Origin: Chrysomallon squamiferum | Lineage: Eukaryota > Animalia > Mollusca | DNA length: 64,000 nt | Assembly (NCBI GenBank): GCA_012295275.1 | Contig: CM022676.1 | Location: forward strand, 15,438,001-15,502,000 | Direction of reading: 5' to 3' | Part shown: one piece after another, positions 33,285 to 45,387 of the stretch | Layout: each line of letters begins with the position of its first letter | How positions within the stretch are numbered: position 1 is the stretch's first letter | Notes under the pieces: generated by a model | The model's input: only the letters and a program-made list of their open reading frames with translations | Told to the model about the DNA's origin: nothing | Database searches by the model: none | Position numbers and translations under genes: made by a program

Positions 33285-35160
33285 ACAATATACAGTGAAC
33301 CTTTAAACAAAAACATATTATTAGGAGTACATACAGGATACCTTTAAACAACAAAGTGTTATTCGAAAATATACGTGATAACTTTAAACAAAACACGAGT
33401 TGTTAGAAAATATACAGGTTAATGTTAAACAAAAACGTATTTTTAGAAAATATACAGGATAACTTTAAACAGATACGTATTATTAAAAATATACAGTAAA
33501 ATTTAAACAAAAATCTATTATTAGAAAATAAACAGGGTAATTTTAAACAAAACACGAGTTGTTAGAAAATATACAGGGTAACATTAAATGATTTACTAGA
33601 AAACATATAGGAAAACTTTTAAAAAAACCAACAAAGTATTACTAGAGAATACAAAGGAGAACTTGAAACAAAAATGTATTATTAGAACATACAGTGAAAC
33701 TTTTAACAAATATGCATTATCAGAAAATATACAGGACAACTTTAAACGAAACTCCTATTGTTAGAAAATATAGAGGAAAAAATTAACAAATCACATATAA
33801 TTGGAAAATGTAGATGATAACTTTAAACAAAAATGTTTTATTAGAAAATATGCAAGATAATTTGGAACAAAAATATACTGGTAGAAAATGAAAAAGATAA
33901 CGTTAAACAAACATTATACTATTATAAAATTATCAGTGAAACGTTAAGCAATAACACATTATCAGAAAGTATACAGGGTAAATTTAAACAAAAACGTATT
34001 ATTAGAAAATATACAGGGAAAATTTAAACGAAAGAGTATTATTAGAATATATAGTGAAACTTTAAACAAAAATATATTATGAGGAATATATATATAGGAT
34101 AACTTTGAACAGTAACGTCTTATTAGAAAATATACGTGACGATTTTAAACAAAACACGAGATGTTAGAAAATACACAGGTTACTGTTAAACAAAAACGAT
34201 GTATTAGAAATGTACAGCGATACTTTAAACAAAAACGTATTATTACAGTTATACAGTGACAGTTTATACAAAAAGGTATTATTAGGAAATATGCAGGTTA
34301 AAGTTAAAGACAAACGTTTTATTAGAAATATGTAGTTAAACTTTAAACAAATATGCATTTTTAGAAAATATACAGAAAAACTTTAGACAAAAGCGTATAG
34401 TTAGAAAATATTCAGTTCGAAGTATAGCGAAAACGTATTGTTAGAACATATACACGATATATTTAGACCAAAAGGTATTATTAGGAAATATGCCGGTTAA
34501 CTTTAAGCAAAAACGTATTATTAGAAAATATACAGGATAACTTTAAACAAGAACAAATTATTAGAAATATACAGTAAAACTTGAAATGTGTTGTCAGGAA
34601 TATACATGGTAATTTAAACAAAAACGCGTTATTAGAAATATACAGTGAAGTTTCAAACAGAAACATATTAATAGGAATATATATATATATAGGGGAACTT
34701 TAAACAAAAACGTTTTCTTAGAATTGTACTGGGTAAATGTAAACAAAAATGTATTATTAGAAATATACAGTGACATTTTAAACAAAAACGTATTATTAGA
34801 AAATATAGATGATCGATTAAAACAAAATTCATACAGATAGGAAATACAGAGGATAACTGTAAACAAAAAATGTATTAGAAATGTAAAGTGAAACTTAAAG
34901 ATAAATGTCTTATCAGTAACTTACAGGGTAATTTAAATAAAAACTTACTAATAGAAATGTACAGTGTAGAATTATACTCTAAACAAAAATATGTTACTAG
35001 AATTATAAGGTGTAACTTTATTATATATGTATAAAAACAGAAAGGTGCTGTTAGAAATATGCATTGCAATTTTAAACAAACTTATAGATGAAGAAACACA
35101 GTGCATCTTGAAGCAAAAGGTTATTATTAAATATACAGTGCATCTTCAAACGGAAACCGT
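33285..35160. repeat. Diverged AT-rich minisatellite, ~38-39-bp unit (AAAATATACAGGATAACTTTAAACAAAAACGTATTATTAG), roughly 45-50 copies
   Basis: Recurrent tttaaacaaaa...ttattagaaaatatacag motif at ~39-nt spacing. Confidence 0.9.
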
Positions 35161-35505
35161 ATTATTTTATATATATATATATCAGCAGCAGCAATATTAT
35201 CAACATCATCGTCACCGACTTCATCACTATACTCCTCCCAGTTTTCTCTTCAGTTTTTCTATGGTTGTTTTAAGTAGAAATTGACCAGGCACAGATTTCA
35301 TTTCTGTTAAAATCCTTACTTTGAACAACTCTGTAAAATAAAAATAAATATATTGTTTTTAACTCTGACTGGTTGAGAACCACAAAATAAATTATCAAAT
35401 ATGTGAATAGGTATCTGTGGTGATTGGCTGTACATGTTTTACGTATAAATGGATGTATATATTAAAAGAAACTGATAATTGTGATTACTTGTTTTCTTTC
35501 TTTTT

Positions 35506-37163
35506 CTATTTTTCTCTGCTCATTTGGTGACCACTTCTTCTGTCACTGTTAAATGCTTGTTTTGTTTGTCCCGTCACAGTGTAGTCTGTATCAGGCAAAT
35601 CCAGTCTGGACATACTGTTTGATTTTTCCTGGATATAATCCATGTATCTGTTGGTTATTCGATAATCCACGTCTGATGTAATGTTCGGATGATCCGTCAA
35701 TTTCTCTCCTCGATAATAGGTGCAAGTTTTTGGTCTGATGCATTCCTTGGATTTAGTTCCTATGGGATCATTCCTGAATCTGTTTTCTCCTTGATAATCT
35801 CTGTGAAATTTTCCTCTAGGATAATCCGTCGTTTTAATTTCTCTGGTGTCATTTTTCTCTTTATTTGTATTCTGAAAATAGTCGTCTCTCTTTGTTTTAG
35901 GATTGTATCTGTCATTGTCTGCTCCTGGATAATCGCTCACGGATTTTCTTCTGAGATGATCTTTCTCCGTATTTGCTTTCGTAAAGTCTCTTTCTATGTA
36001 TGCTTTGGAATTATTTGGGGGATTATTGCTCTTTTGATTTATTCTCCAAATATACTTGTTTTGTTCCGTTCTGGTATAATGGGTGTCTGAACGTGTTCCG
36101 TGTGATTTTTCCATCTGAATATCTGAAAGTGTGATTTCAGCCTCCACTATGGATGACTCTCTATCCGACGGCTTACTGTTAGCAAATCCATCTGACGCCC
36201 TTCTGTTAGTATCTTTGCCTGACGTCCTTGTGTTACTGTCTTTGTCTACCAGCCTACTGCTATTATCTTTCTCTGACGTCCATCTGTTACTATTTCTGTC
36301 TGACTCTCTTCTGTTGGTATCTCCCGCTGACGACCTTCTATTAGTATCTTTCTGTGATGCCGTTCTGAATAACACTTCACTGTGAGGATGTCGATCTGAC
36401 GCCCTTCTGCAACTGTCTTTGTATGACGCACTACTGTTACTATCTTTGTCTGCCGCTCTGCTATTTGCATCTCTCTTTATCGTCCTTCTGTTACTATCTG
36501 TGTCAGTCGCCCTACTATTTGCATCTCTCTTTGTCGTCCTTCTGTTACTATCTTTGTCTGTCGCCCTGCTATTAGCATATCTCTCTGTCGTCCTTCTGTT
36601 ACTATCTTTGTGTGTCGCCCTACTATTAGCATATCTCTCTGTCGTCCTTCTGTTACTATCTGTGTTTATCGCCCTACTATTTGCATCTCTCTGTGTCGTC
36701 CTTCTGTTACTATCTGTGTTTGTCGCCCTACTATTAGTATATCTCTCTGACGTCCATCTGTTGGTGTCTCTGGCTGACTTTCTTCTGTTGGTACATTTGT
36801 CTGATGTCTTTCTGTTAGTATGGTTGTCTGCCACCTCGCTTTCAAGATGTCGATCTGAAACCCTTCTGCTACCACGTCTGTCTGACGTCCATCTGAAAGT
36901 ATCTCTGTCTGATCCTCTACTGCTAGTATCTCTCTCTGACGCCCTACTGTTAGTATATCTCTCTGACGCCCTACTGTTAGTATATCTCTCTGACGCCCTA
37001 CTGTTAGTATATTTGTCTGACGCCCTACTGTTAGCATATCTGTTGGACGCCCTACTGTTAGTATATCTGTTGGACGTCATTTCGGAGGACGTCACATCTT
37101 TTCTTGTACTGGAACAGATTTCGCACTCTGCATTCTTCCCGAAATAGTCAAAATAGATATGAC
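35506..37163 (-). CDS. ZNFX1: ZNFX1-like exon 2: second half of a degenerate RZ finger plus a ~530-aa R/S/D/T/N-rich tail
   Basis: Acceptor tgtgtttcag|GTCATATC at 37164/37163, phase 1; reads GHIYFDYFGKNAECEICSSTRKDVTSSE and continues in frame into the 35506..37095 ORF. Confidence 0.8.
36150..37075 (-). repeat. Coding tandem repeat, 27-bp (9-aa) unit such as ERYTNSRAS, with a 54-bp dimeric stretch
   Basis: + strand unit ccctactgttagtatatctctctgacg; the reading frame is preserved throughout. Confidence 0.9.
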
Positions 37164-37611
37164 CTGAAACACAAATATGATTCTAGAATTATAATTTCTG
37201 TCACGGTGTTTTTTAAATACTGTTTATTTTTTGGTTTTTTGTTTATTATCCTATGGAATAGCTGGATATTGGGACTGAACCATCATTGGACGTAAAAATT
37301 ACTAGATGTAGGTCGAAGACAAGAGAAAGAAAAGATGATGAAAAGAAAAGAAAATAAAGAAGTGAAGAAAAATATGAAGAAATAAATACCAAATTATAAC
37401 TGAATAATAAGTAAATAAATAAATAAAATTAGATCTGGAAATATGCGAATCAGCCAAAAATGAGATATATAAAGATAATAATTTAATAACAAATACAAAA
37501 TATTTCGATATTACTAAAATATCATTTGACGTTGTTTTAGATATATAAATTTACAGACAGACATTTATAAGTTCTTAATTAAAAACAGATACAGAAAAAC
37601 AGTGTTCTCAC

Positions 37612-40600
37612 CTGCTTGACATTTCAGCCAGCCTTCCCTACTGAAATTCATGGTAATTTTATCTGTGGAGACGTAACGAAGAGATATTTCACTTGAAGGA
37701 AGGAAAGGAGCCCGAGATTTAACTATTTCTTGACGTTCTGGAGTAAAGGCATTTCCATCCATAGCGAACTTTTTAATTACATCAGTAACATCATTTGTAT
37801 TGTCTGTGATTTTCTGTGACTGTTTGGCGTTGTCTGAAGCTGATTTTAGATCGATTAGCAGTTTCAGTCTTTTCGTTTCATTGTCTGCATCGAATTGCTC
37901 CTGCTTCGTAAATATTCTTCTGTCCTTCGATATCCATGTCTCGAAACGATCCACGTCTTTACAATGTTCACTGATCCCCATCTTACGAAAATATGTTTTA
38001 AACGTATGACAGTTATTTTTTAGAGCCATAAGCATCTGACGCAAACTCATTGACCTTTGTGTTTCGTAATAGTCTTTTCTTTCCTGCTTTATTAATTCAA
38101 GCTTGATATAATCTACGTCCAGTAAAGTCTGTTTGATGACGTCTCTATATCTTCCACTATGTCTAATGAGCACGTTACAGCGTGGACAACGTTTCAACTG
38201 GATTGTGTTGGATTTCGACTCCAACAGCTCATCGAGAGCTTGCACCTCAAAGATATGTCCGCAGTCTTCGAGCTGCACAAACAGAGAGTAATTTCGTTTA
38301 TCAGCCTGCAAAGCTTTCACTTCATCTCTGTTGCAGACTCGACAAAGATCAGGACACTTTTCTCCTACCAGACCAATGCATCTGTGCTGACACGACAGCT
38401 TCTTCATGCACCGCTTGTTGGAGCGTGGCGCATTCCACACATCACAACATCGTCTACGAATGCTCCTTCCCTTGCAGGTGAACTCGCAGTTTTCACGACA
38501 CATTGAACAGCGGTCACCACATGACCTATCACAGGACAGATGGTCACAGCTGTTCTCACACGGCAAAGGACAAAGTGGACACGTAGAACAGTCACTGACA
38601 CATTCGTGTCCACACAGCAGACGTTTCCTGCATTTCTCCTTGCAGGCAACGTGAAGTCGACCTTGAACACATTCGTGACAAGAACCACGACAAATATGAC
38701 CACATTTCAAAACGGTGCTGCATTTTATATTACAAATGGCGTTGTCTCGTTCATGACAAACCATTTCAATTTCATGACCACATTTCAAAACGGTTCTGCA
38801 TATTACGTTACAAACTGCCTTGTCTCGTTCATGGCAAAGCACTTCAATTTCATGACCACATTCCAAAACGGTGCTGCATTTCACATTGCAAATGGCTTTG
38901 TCTCGTTCATGGCAAAGCACTTCAATTTCATGACCACATTCCAAAACGGTGCTGCATTTCGCATTACAAACGGCGGTGTCTTGTTCGTGACAAACCACCT
39001 CAATTTCGTGCCCGCAGTACAAACCAACATGCTTTACTAGCTGCATGCACTTGATTGTACTTGCATCGGCAGAGCAAGGAATTTCTTGTTTGTGTCCACA
39101 CGCTGGTATCACCTCGGTAACGGGAGCGACACAGTCTCTGCAATATTCAGAACAAAGAAGCGGACATTTATGTTGAAATTTACACAAAATTCTTTCACAC
39201 GGTTTCTGACATCTGTATTTGAGATGAAGTGGATCAGCTGGATGGCACGCCAGTTCACACACGTGACCACAGTTCAGTCTGTACGTGCATTGCTTTCTGC
39301 AGCCTCCTTCAGGAACCAAACTGAAATCTTCTGCTTTCGCAGCTTTTACTCCTTCATCTTTGACGTGATTTCGACAATAAAGACCAAGAGCATTTCCGAG
39401 CTGGTCGGTCGATTTCAAATCGTCAATAATGGTTTTCCATAATTTACTCTGTTGACCGAGCAGGGTAAAGTTTCCTATGACGTAAAGTCCCATTCTAGCT
39501 CTGGAAAGAGCTACACACACCCGGTTGTCTGTTTTCAGAAAGCCAATACTCCTCTCCAGATTGCTGCGTACCAAAGACAGCAGTATGATATCATTCTCCT
39601 CTCCTTGGTAATTGTCAACATCTGTGACAATGACATTTGTAAATATTTCGTCTTTCATATTCTTCTTCAGATAGACGACCTGAGCTGAATACGTAGTTAA
39701 GACTGTGATTTCCTTTGGATGATAACCTTGTTTCAAGAGGTAGCGACAGAGCGCTATAATATATTTCGCCTCAAACACGTTCAAATGACTCACGAGTTCG
39801 TCATTTGTTTCTTCATTTTCACAATGGTTTATGAAAAATACATTGGTACACACACCCAGGATATCCGGGTATTTCTCAACAGAAGGGTGATCTCTGAGAT
39901 GAGGATAGATGTGTTTCATGATTCTGGAAATACAGGGCCGCATTCTGTGCTGTTGCTCAAGACACACACACTCCAAGCCGTTGTTAACCATTCGTTCAAA
40001 TAAGGATAACTCCAGGTTATATCGTTTTGCGAGTGCGTAAACAGTGGGACTTGGTCGCAGCTGCTGATGGTCTCCGATCAGAATCAGATGCTGACATCCT
40101 GAATTCAGTGATGCAATCACGTGGCCTTCCAGAACTTCTGCAGCTTCCTCAATGATGATGATTCTTGGTTTAATTTCTTCTAAAACCTTCTGATAACGAG
40201 CAGCAGCACTCGTTGTCATTCCTACCACAGAACATCTTCTCATCACTCTCTGGTCCGCGTCCTGCTTCGCCGTTCTGTATGTTTCTCCAGCAGCACTGAC
40301 TCTTTCCTGCAGCTCTTCTATCTCTGACTCAGTTTGCTCTTTCAGATGTTGCACCCACAACCTGTAAAGACGCCACCGATTTCTGGGTGAGAGTGACCAG
40401 ATATCTTCTACTGCGTCAGCTTCTCTTTCTGACATCCTAGACTGCGACATCATGTTTGTGATCAAAACAGAACTTTCACTTTGTGAAATCTCTTTAAAAA
40501 CCGTGTCGAAGTCAATGAGCAAAATGCCAGGCCGAGTGGGCAAAGGTTTGTAGTGTTTTCTGTTGTCTGTTTGCTCGTACTGACAATCCTCAAATTTTTC

Positions 40601-42766
40601 TGAACTACCGTGGAATTTATAAACTTTTCTTCGTTTTCTTGGTACAGGAATAAGTATGCCGAGCCATACGGGTAGGAACCAGTCTCTAAAAGGAGTATGT
40701 AAGAGTTGGTCGTAGTGCATCTCTTTAACATGACCTGTCAGATACAGATTTCTCACTATTCCGTTATCTATCAGTTCGTGTTGTTCTTTTTTCTCAAGAA
40801 GACTTTTCTGACACCCAATATAATTTGTTTTCAACACGTCGTAATTTTTTCCGTTAATGGTATACTTTTTTCGCATTTCCTTGATTTCATAAGTTTTAAC
40901 TTTTTCATTCTTACTTCTTTTACCAACACGAACGAGATTTGTTCTTTTAAACTCGAGGATTCCTTCAAGGAATTGGTCCAATGCGTGATTCGTATAACAC
41001 AGAACTAAAATGGGGTTTTCTCTGTCTCCTTCCCAGATATCTCTGTTTCTTAATAAAGTTTCTATTATTTTTAGTCCTATATATGTTTTTCCCGTTCCTG
41101 GAGGGCCCTGGATGAGGACAAATTCTTTGGTCAGGGCTTGTTGAAACGCCTTGAACTGAGCCGCCTCCAGTTTCAGAGTCTCTGGCTGGGTCCACTTGTT
41201 CAGATTCAGAACAGGAACGCCATTGTGGCTCTCATCCTCATCGTCTGCTGCTTCACTAAAACTGTCTGTATCTTTTATTTCTCCCCTGCTTGTCAGTGGT
41301 GTTGTGGACGAAATTTTCTTAATAGTTTTGTTGTTTTCAGCCTCAGATGTCTTAGTCTTGTTCTGGAATTGATAGTGAGCATTTTCTTTGTCTCTCAGAT
41401 AGGCTGGCTGTTTCACTTCAGTTGTACAGTGTACAATGTATTCCTCGAACGGAAGCTTGTTAATATTCTGCAGAGATGACAAGACGTAGCAATATGCTTC
41501 AAAGTAAGCCGGTGTTTCCAACATCACCATCGGCTTCGTCAAATCGATTCCTGTGATGCCTACAACATGCTCTTCAAAAATCTCAACTGTGACTACACCG
41601 TTGTCATCCTTTACAGGCCCCGATTCAACAGTTGCAATGGTAAACGTTTTGAAACAGTTGCTCGACAGACAAACCAGAGAACCATATTTCAGTCGTTTCG
41701 TGTACTCCCACTGGATGTCTTTCAGTTTGCTTGTGTCAAATGTCACAGTATGCACGAACTTTGCATTTTTGAAATCTGAATTTAGTATTCTGACACCTTT
41801 ATACGTGCGAAGAGAAACACCTTTTCCTGGTTGCTGGTGAAACGATACATATTCATGAATAGCTTCGTACAACGGCTGAATGAAATCTTCCCTCAACAGT
41901 CTGAACTGTACATCGAGGTAGTCGTCGAGATCGTAGTACGCACCTCTTTTCTTCATCCTGCGAAGGAAGGGCGCGTTTGTGCGATAAACGTCATCGTACG
42001 TTGGCATCACTGAAATTCTTCTGAAGTCATTCGGAAGTGACGGTTTCTTTGCTGCTGTTACTCTGTCACTTTGAGCCTTTTTCATCATTGACGTTTTCAG
42101 TTCTAAGAGTTGTTTTGTTTTCATGTCTATCGTCTCAGGGACAGACAACCCACGTTTTCTTAAACTGGCCACGACGTCGTCTACAAGGGAGTTAACTCCT
42201 GCAACCTGTACGATGGTATGAGGCAGCCGCAGAGATAACTGTACAAGCAGGTCAAGAACATCGGCTATAAATGGAAGTGACATTTTCTCAGCAGCTACTG
42301 AACAATCAGCAGATATCTCCCTCAACAGTGGCGGAACCGTGCGTTCTAAAAACAGCGATCTCTCGACATCAAGTAGAAGGTTAAATACTTGTTCTGTGTG
42401 TACTTCGCAACTGCACGACTTTGCTAGTAATTTTGTTATCAAACACACATCACTTGACGAAAGTCTTCTTTGAGTCAGAAGTCTGAAAAACTGTTTTTGT
42501 CTATCCTTGAGTTTATACAACAGTTTTTCATTGTCTTTCTCCTTCAATTCGTTCAGTTCAAGCAGCAGTGCTTCATCATTCTTCTCCTTCATTTTGTTAT
42601 GATCAAACAGCTGTGTTTCATCATCATCCTTCAATTCATTCAGTTCAAACTGCAGTTTTTCATCATCATCCTTCTGTTTATTCCGTTCAAACTGCAATGT
42701 TCCATCGTCCTTCTCCTGTATGTCCTCAAGGTAAGAATCATTTACTCCTCCGTATTTTGAACACAT
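37612..42766 (-). CDS. ZNFX1: NFX1-type zinc finger-containing protein 1-like (UPF1-like SF1 RNA helicase), giant coding exon 1
   Basis: QFRLLREDF, GPPGTGKT, CYTNHALDQF, IEEAAE, ILIGDHQQL, QHRM, VDNYQGEE and VALSRA motifs, an NFX1-type CGH zinc-finger array and RING-like LEDCGH...CPRC; donor CAG|gtgaga at 37612/37611. Spliced product ~2270 aa. Confidence 0.93.
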
Positions 42767-43465
42767 TATGCTTTTGTTATTTCACGTGTCTTCTTATCTT
42801 TTCATCTTTCAATTTATCTTCTGACTACTTAATTTATTAATGTCATTTGTTTCACTTTACCGTTATGTTTAATGTTTCACTTTGTCTTTTGGTGTACAAG
42901 ATGGATTTTTCCCAGTTTCAATTCATGTTTTGACGTTTCAGTTTAGGTTTACTCGTTTCAATATAACCTTATTTTGTGAAGTAAATAAAACTCCTTAATA
43001 GCACACTGAAACAAAGAAACCAGAAACCAGTTACTTTTTGTTTATTCTTCACTATTGTACTGACGGATGTATGTATGTTTATGTATGTATATATGCAAGT
43101 GGAAACATACATACATACAAACACATATACATGCATGCATACACATACACATACATACATATATATACACACGCACGCAAAAACAAACACATACACAAAT
43201 ATATTTACAGAAAAGTACGCACTTACGAACTTTTAAAGGCAGTTTTAGAATTATAAAGTTCCGTTAATTGGCGGTGAAGATATAGCGAGTTGAGTGTGAC
43301 AAAGTAAACCAGCTTTGTATTTTTTCCTCTCCGGTGGATTCTGTTTTTCCTTGGATTCCGTGGTTTTCACCGATGTCCTCAGACTTTTGGTATGTTTTGG
43401 CTTCGGTATATATATATATACACACATACAACATACAGAGACACGCAAACACACATGTATGTATG

Positions 43466-43499
<34 letters not shown>

Positions 43500-43753
43500 C
43501 GTGCAACTTAAATTTATATTAATGTAATAACTTGATTTACATAAATTAGAAAGTTAATAAAATATCTAGAGTTATTATACGTAAAAGAAATGTGTCAAAT
43601 CAAACACAGTGTCATAGATAACGTGCTTTACGTTAAGTAAAGACGAGATTATCTCTCTTCGTGATATATATATATATATATTTATCTGTTTGTGTAGAGA
43701 ACTAAAAACTATGTCTAGGAAGGATCAAGGTACGATGTTACTATTCACTGATA

Positions 43754-44406
43754 CTGAGTTGAGGCTACATCACTAATATGCTGTTTTACTGAACTTTGAA
43801 TTTCTGAAAGAAGAATAATAATAATAAGAATAATAATAACAATTCCTTTATGCAGTTCATTGCTTAGTACTATAACTGTTCTGTTTCATCTATTTAAATT
43901 TGTTTGCATATGAATAAGTAGATTCTATACTGAAAAGTCGAATATTTCTACGATCCGTATTTAAAATGTCTGTCCTCTGAGAGTATATATTATGTTTTGT
44001 CAAGCCTAAAGTAGAAAAAAATAATTTTTGTTATAAAAATTAAAATTCGAACATAAAATTCGAGTGAGAGAAGGAAAAAATATGAACAACCACTGTACTG
44101 ATAAAAATTCAAATGGTTTCAGATTATATGATTATACACTCTTAGGTGCACATTATCGATTGCAGTAAGGATATACACAGAAAATAGGTACTCAGTATAC
44201 ATCTACATTTATATACTAATAAATATAAATGGCTCTATCAAACTGACAAAAGTGTGTCTATTCCCATAGTTAGTCTAGATGTTTTGTTCATTTGTTCACA
44301 ATGCCTGTGACTTTAGAAACACAATCCATTAACAGTAAATTATTGTGTCTGTCTATCAGAAATTCAAAGTTCAGTAAAACAGCATATCAGTGATGTAGCC
44401 TCAACT

Positions 44407-44409
<3 letters not shown>
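43754..44409. mobile_element. MITE / non-autonomous DNA transposon with ~54-bp TIRs and TA flanks
   Basis: 43754-43807 (ctgagttgaggctacatcactaatatgctgttttactgaactttgaatttctga) is the reverse complement of 44356-44409 with one mismatch; TA on both sides. Confidence 0.85.
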
Positions 44410-44461
<52 letters not shown>

Positions 44462-45267
44462 TGTATGTATTTATGTAAGTAGTAAATCAATAAGTGTCTG
44501 GAAGCTGTTGGAGGAAAAAAAAACTAAATAATAATAATCATAATAATAATAATAATAATAATAAATATATAATAATAACAACAACAACACTAATAATAAA
44601 TTAATTAATTAATTAATCTTGTTTATTTGCATTTTACGCTTCAAGTTTAAGGTAAAGATAATATAACAAATAAAACAGAAGAGAACAAAGTGTGTGTTTA
44701 ATTAGTTTTGAAATAAAAAAGTCTACATACCCAGACCGAACATTTGCAGTCAGCTTTATCAGCAGATGTATCTGATGACGTGGTATAGACACTGAGTTTT
44801 ATTTACTGCTGATGTAAACGATAACGTTTCAACGAAATTAACTGATAAGAGTACTTTCACTTTAATTACCGTATACATCACAGTACAGGGGACAAAATGT
44901 AGAAACATTTTTTTCAGTTAAGAAAAATAAAAAATAAAATGGCATATAAATACCTTACGGTCAAACACATTTACATACGCATATAAAAACGCATACACAA
45001 ATATATGTGAAGCATACGTAAATGTATAAGCCAGAAACACATACAGATAAGACTTCTACACTTCCGCACACATACGTTACACTAAATAAGTCAGTCTAAA
45101 GGAAGTGGTTGGAACTGGTAAAAAAAATGAGTAGTAGCCGCAAACTTGCTGAAAGTATCTGATTATAAATTTATAAATTGTTATATTTCACAATTCTATA
45201 CTGTAATACTGTTCTGATATTTTATCAGAAATTGATTCTTTAAATCTGGTACCAATCTTTTTTTTTC

Positions 45268-45311
<44 letters not shown>

Positions 45312-45387
45312 CATATATTAATATATGTATATATATATATGTATATTTTTATTTTTTTTTTTTTTTTTTTTTTTTTTTCACTTTCAG

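Noticed and set aside
33285-35160. Regular ~38-bp repeat array resembling a CRISPR array
   Set aside because: Units are contiguous and degenerate with no unique spacers and no cas genes; this is a eukaryotic minisatellite. The same applies to 53861-54247 and 57336-58052.
36419-37147. 242-aa Leu-rich, membrane-protein-looking ORF on the + strand
   Set aside because: It is the antisense reading of the 27-bp coding repeat in ZNFX1 exon 2; the hydrophobicity follows from complementing R/S/D/N codons.
37565-37611. ORF-track C-terminus of the helicase (ENTVFLYLFLIKNL*)
   Set aside because: Read-through into the intron past the CAG|gtgaga donor; the spliced form restores the G-H of the RZ motif.
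37800-42840. Multiple + strand ORFs overlapping ZNFX1
   Set aside because: Antisense shadows of a long coding exon with no recognisable motifs.
45128-45250. Candidate first exon or signal peptide for the toxin-like gene (MSSSRKLAE with donor A|gtatct)
   Set aside because: Weak donor, no hydrophobic signal peptide, and nearby hydrophobic frames contain stops; not supportable.
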